Assembly (NCBI GenBank): GCA_040768745.1
Contig: JAXGMI010000001.1
Span: 224,001 to 288,000 of the forward strand
Reading direction: 5' to 3'
Origin: Desulfomicrobium sp.
GTDB lineage: Bacteria > Desulfobacterota > Desulfovibrionia > Desulfovibrionales > Desulfomicrobiaceae
DNA length: 64,000 nucleotides
Of the stretch, positions 61,251 to 64,000 are shown piece by piece. The position numbers were made by a program, and so were the translations under genes. The notes below the pieces were generated by a model. It had not been told where the DNA came from, did no database searches, and saw only the letters and a program-made list of their open reading frames with translations. Position 1 is the first letter of the stretch. Each line of letters opens with the position of its first letter.

Positions 61251-61937
61251 ATGGTCACCCGCAAGTCGCACACCACCAAGAACGAGAAGAGCAGATTCAG
61301 CTTCCACCTCGGGCTGTCCGGCTTTTTGTCGCTGGCCGTGCTGGTCGTCATCGGCATGGCCTGGTCCTTCATCCTCGGTGTCATCGTGGGCCGGGGGCAC
61401 CAGCCTGAAAAGATGGCCCTGGAGATGGCCCAGAAGGTCCTGCCCGAGAACATTCCCCTCCTGACCGAGAAGAACGAGGAGGTGCTCAAGGCCGAGGAAC
61501 TGGAATTCTTCGACAAGCTGAAGCAGGGCCCCAGCTCCGTGGCGGCGGCCCCGCCCGCCCCGGCCAGGCCGGCACAGCCGCCCAAGCCCCAGGCCGCCCC
61601 GCCCGCGGCCAAGCCCGTCGCGGCCCAGGCTGCGGCGCCGGCAGCCGCCCCGCCCGCCCCCGCGCCTGCCCCGCTGGCCACTGCCAAGGACGAGGTTTTC
61701 GTCTTCAATTATCAGGTGGCGGCCCTGGCCTCCATGGACCAGGCCCAGACCTTCCTGAAGAAGCTCGAACCCGGCGGGTTCAAGACCTCGGTGGTCACCG
61801 CCTCCCACGAGGGCAAGACCTGGTACCGGATCTACGTCCACCATCAGGGTACGGTGGAATCGGCCACCGCCCTCAAGGAAAAACTCAAAGGGAGCGGGAT
61901 CAACAATGTCCTGCTGCGCTCCCGCACCCCCCTCTAA
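61251..61937 (+). CDS. SPOR-domain (FtsN-like) protein
   Basis: TM helix, Pro/Ala-rich linker, QVAAL...WYRI; follows argS. Confidence 0.85.
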   Translation: MVTRKSHTTKNEKSRFSFHLGLSGFLSLAVLVVIGMAWSFILGVIVGRGHQPEKMALEMAQKVLPENIPLLTEKNEEVLKAEELEFFDKLKQGPSSVAAAPPAPARPAQPPKPQAAPPAAKPVAAQAAAPAAAPPAPAPAPLATAKDEVFVFNYQVAALASMDQAQTFLKKLEPGGFKTSVVTASHEGKTWYRIYVHHQGTVESATALKEKLKGSGINNVLLRSRTPL

Positions 61938-61969
61938 GCCTGGGGCCAGCCCCTTGACGGAGACCGCCC

Positions 61970-62851
61970 ATGCAGCGCGAATTCTTTGACCTCGGCCCGG
62001 CCCAGGGCAGAAACATCCTGGTCCTGTCCGTGCCCTACGAGGGAACGGTCAGCTTCGGCACCGGCACCCGCCTCGGGCCCGAGGCCCTGTACCGGGCCAG
62101 CGTGCAGATCGAGTCCTACGATGCGGAACTGGACCTGGACCTGGCCGATCTGGCCCACTTCACCTCCCTTCCCCCCCTGCACCTGCCGGTTAGCGGCCCG
62201 GAAGGGGTGCACCGGGCGGTCAGAGAGAGTCTGCAGGACCTCGACCCCGCCCGGGATTTCGTGCTGACCCTTGGGGGTGACCACTCCGTGCCCCTGCCCC
62301 TGTTCGAGTTCTACCAGGCCGCGCATCCGGACATGGCGATCCTGCACATCGACGCCCACGCGGACATGCGCCCCTCCTACGAGGACAGCCCCTATTCCCA
62401 TGCCTGCATCATGGCCCAGGCCCGCCAGATGGGCATCCCCCTGGCCCAGGTCGGCATCCGCTCCCTGTGCCGGGAGCAGCGCCAGTTCATGCTCGCCCAG
62501 AGCCCTGCGGAACTGCTGACCCTCTTCGCCTGGAACCTGCCCGTCCCCGCCGAGGCGGCCGCACAGGTCCGGGCGTTCCTGGGCCGGCGGCCCCTGTACA
62601 TCTCCTTCGACGTGGACGGCATGGACCCGGGCGTCATCCCCGGCACGGGCACCCCGGAGCCGGGCGGCATCCCCTTTGCCTGGATGGCCCGCTTCTGGGC
62701 AGAGCTGTGGGCCCGCGGCGACGGACCGGAACTCCTCGGCATGGACCTGTGCGAACTGGCCCCCGTGCACGGCTCCCAGGTATCCGAAACCGCGGCGGTC
62801 AAGCTCCTGCAGCGCATCCTTGTCGCCTGGCTCGGATCCAGCCCGGCATGA
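61970..62851 (+). CDS. speB: Agmatinase
   Basis: GGDHS, DAHAD, SFDVDGMDP, GTGTPEPGG. Confidence 0.9.
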   Translation: MQREFFDLGPAQGRNILVLSVPYEGTVSFGTGTRLGPEALYRASVQIESYDAELDLDLADLAHFTSLPPLHLPVSGPEGVHRAVRESLQDLDPARDFVLTLGGDHSVPLPLFEFYQAAHPDMAILHIDAHADMRPSYEDSPYSHACIMAQARQMGIPLAQVGIRSLCREQRQFMLAQSPAELLTLFAWNLPVPAEAAAQVRAFLGRRPLYISFDVDGMDPGVIPGTGTPEPGGIPFAWMARFWAELWARGDGPELLGMDLCELAPVHGSQVSETAAVKLLQRILVAWLGSSPA

Positions 62852-64000
62852 GCGGGCTGCTGGCGGTCCGCATCGAGAAACTGCTCTGGCGCGGCCGGGG
62901 GCTGGCCCGCCTGGACTCCGGGCAGGTGGTCATGGTCGGGCCCGGCGTACTCCCCGGGGAAGAGGTGACCGCCCGGGTCTCCAAACAGGCCAGGGACTAC
63001 CTGCAGGCCGAGGCCGTGGACATCCTGGCCCCCTCCCCCCTGCGCACAGCCCACCCCTGCCCCCACTCCCCCGAGTGCGGCGGCTCGCGCTTCGGCATGG
63101 TCTCACCACTGGACGGCATCCGGCTCAAGGCCGACATGCTCCGCGACGCCCTGCCACGCGCCCTGGGCCGCGACCACGCCTCCCGCCTGCCCGAGCCGCG
63201 GATCCTGCCCAGTCCCGAGGACTGGCGCTACCGCTGGCGGGGACAGATCCATGTCCAAGACGGCCGGCCCCACGCCATGGCCCACGCCTCCAACGACCTC
63301 GTCCCCCTGACGGACTGCCTGCTCCTGGCCCAACCCCTGGCCCAGGCCATGCCGGCCCTGGCCGCCGGCCTGCCCGACGGCCGCTTCACCATCGCGGCCA
63401 GCCCGGACAGCGGCCAGGCCCTGAGTGAGCTGGACCAGGGCCTGCTCCCCTTTTCCCTGCCCGACTTCGGCCTGACCCTGCACCTCCCTCCAAGCACCTT
63501 CTTCCAGGCCAACTGGGTCCTCAATCAGGTCCTGGTCCGCGTGGTCGTCGGGGCGGTCTCCGGGTACGGCCGCATTGCCGACCTCTTCTCCGGGGCCGGC
63601 AACTTCGCCCTGCCCCTGGCCAGCACCGGGGCGAAGGTCCTGGCCGTGGAGGGCTCGGCTTCGGCCGTAAACACGGGCGCGGATAACGCCAGGCGGCTCG
63701 GCCTGACCTCGGTCCGCTTCCAGGGAGGGGACCTGTCCAGACCCGCGGCCTGGCGGCAGGTCGGAGAATTCTCCCCTGACGCAGCGGTCCTGGACCCGCC
63801 GCGCACCGGGGCCAAAGGCATCGGCCAGACCCTGCTGGGCATGAGGTCCCTGCGTCGCCTGGCCTGGGTGTCCTGCGACGTGGTCAATACCCTCCGCGAT
63901 GCCCGTCCCCTGCTCGACGCGGGGTGGCGCGTGTCCGACATGGCCCTGTTCGACATGTTCCCGGGCACCTGGCACATGGAGGTGCTGCTGATCCTGGACC
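62848..64000 (+). CDS. TRAM-domain 23S rRNA (uracil-5)-methyltransferase RlmD-like, runs off the window end
   Basis: CPH..ECGG, FFQAN, DLFSGAGNF, LDPPRTG, VSCD, DMFPGTWHME. Confidence 0.88.
   Translation, partial: MSGLLAVRIEKLLWRGRGLARLDSGQVVMVGPGVLPGEEVTARVSKQARDYLQAEAVDILAPSPLRTAHPCPHSPECGGSRFGMVSPLDGIRLKADMLRDALPRALGRDHASRLPEPRILPSPEDWRYRWRGQIHVQDGRPHAMAHASNDLVPLTDCLLLAQPLAQAMPALAAGLPDGRFTIAASPDSGQALSELDQGLLPFSLPDFGLTLHLPPSTFFQANWVLNQVLVRVVVGAVSGYGRIADLFSGAGNFALPLASTGAKVLAVEGSASAVNTGADNARRLGLTSVRFQGGDLSRPAAWRQVGEFSPDAAVLDPPRTGAKGIGQTLLGMRSLRRLAWVSCDVVNTLRDARPLLDAGWRVSDMALFDMFPGTWHMEVLLILD

Noticed and set aside
61540..61690. GC-rich repeat-like stretch
   Set aside because: It encodes the Pro/Ala linker of the SPOR protein.

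Overview
GC-rich chromosomal window from a probable sulfate-reducing bacterium (Desulfovibrionales-like, inferred from a tetrahaem cytochrome c3, YedF/FdhD and an aldehyde:ferredoxin oxidoreductase). Housekeeping blocks (lipid acyltransferases, liv-type ABC transporter, P-type ATPase, AOR, rsmG, fabD, argS, speB, rlmD) are interrupted by three accessory regions. (1) A decayed ~10.6 kb island integrated at tRNA-Leu(CAG) (6126-16727) holds a three-level nested IS stack (IS66 > IS1634 > IS66) with all target duplications readable. (2) An IS1380 is nested inside an IS4-like element (26511-29743). (3) An apparently intact ~11.6 kb phage satellite is integrated at tRNA-Leu(CAA) (45880-57497). The satellite is the strongest candidate for a new system. 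It encodes a P4-type integrase, AlpA, a primase-helicase followed by an iteron/palindrome ori, a Mor-like regulator, a cos-like site and a three-gene head module (Clp-type protease, HK97-fold capsid, cement-like protein), but no recognisable portal, terminase or connector genes. It also carries two different ADP-ribosyltransferase-like ORFs. Many single-base frameshifts in ordinary genes look like sequencing indels. All family calls come from motif recognition by eye; no database searches were run.
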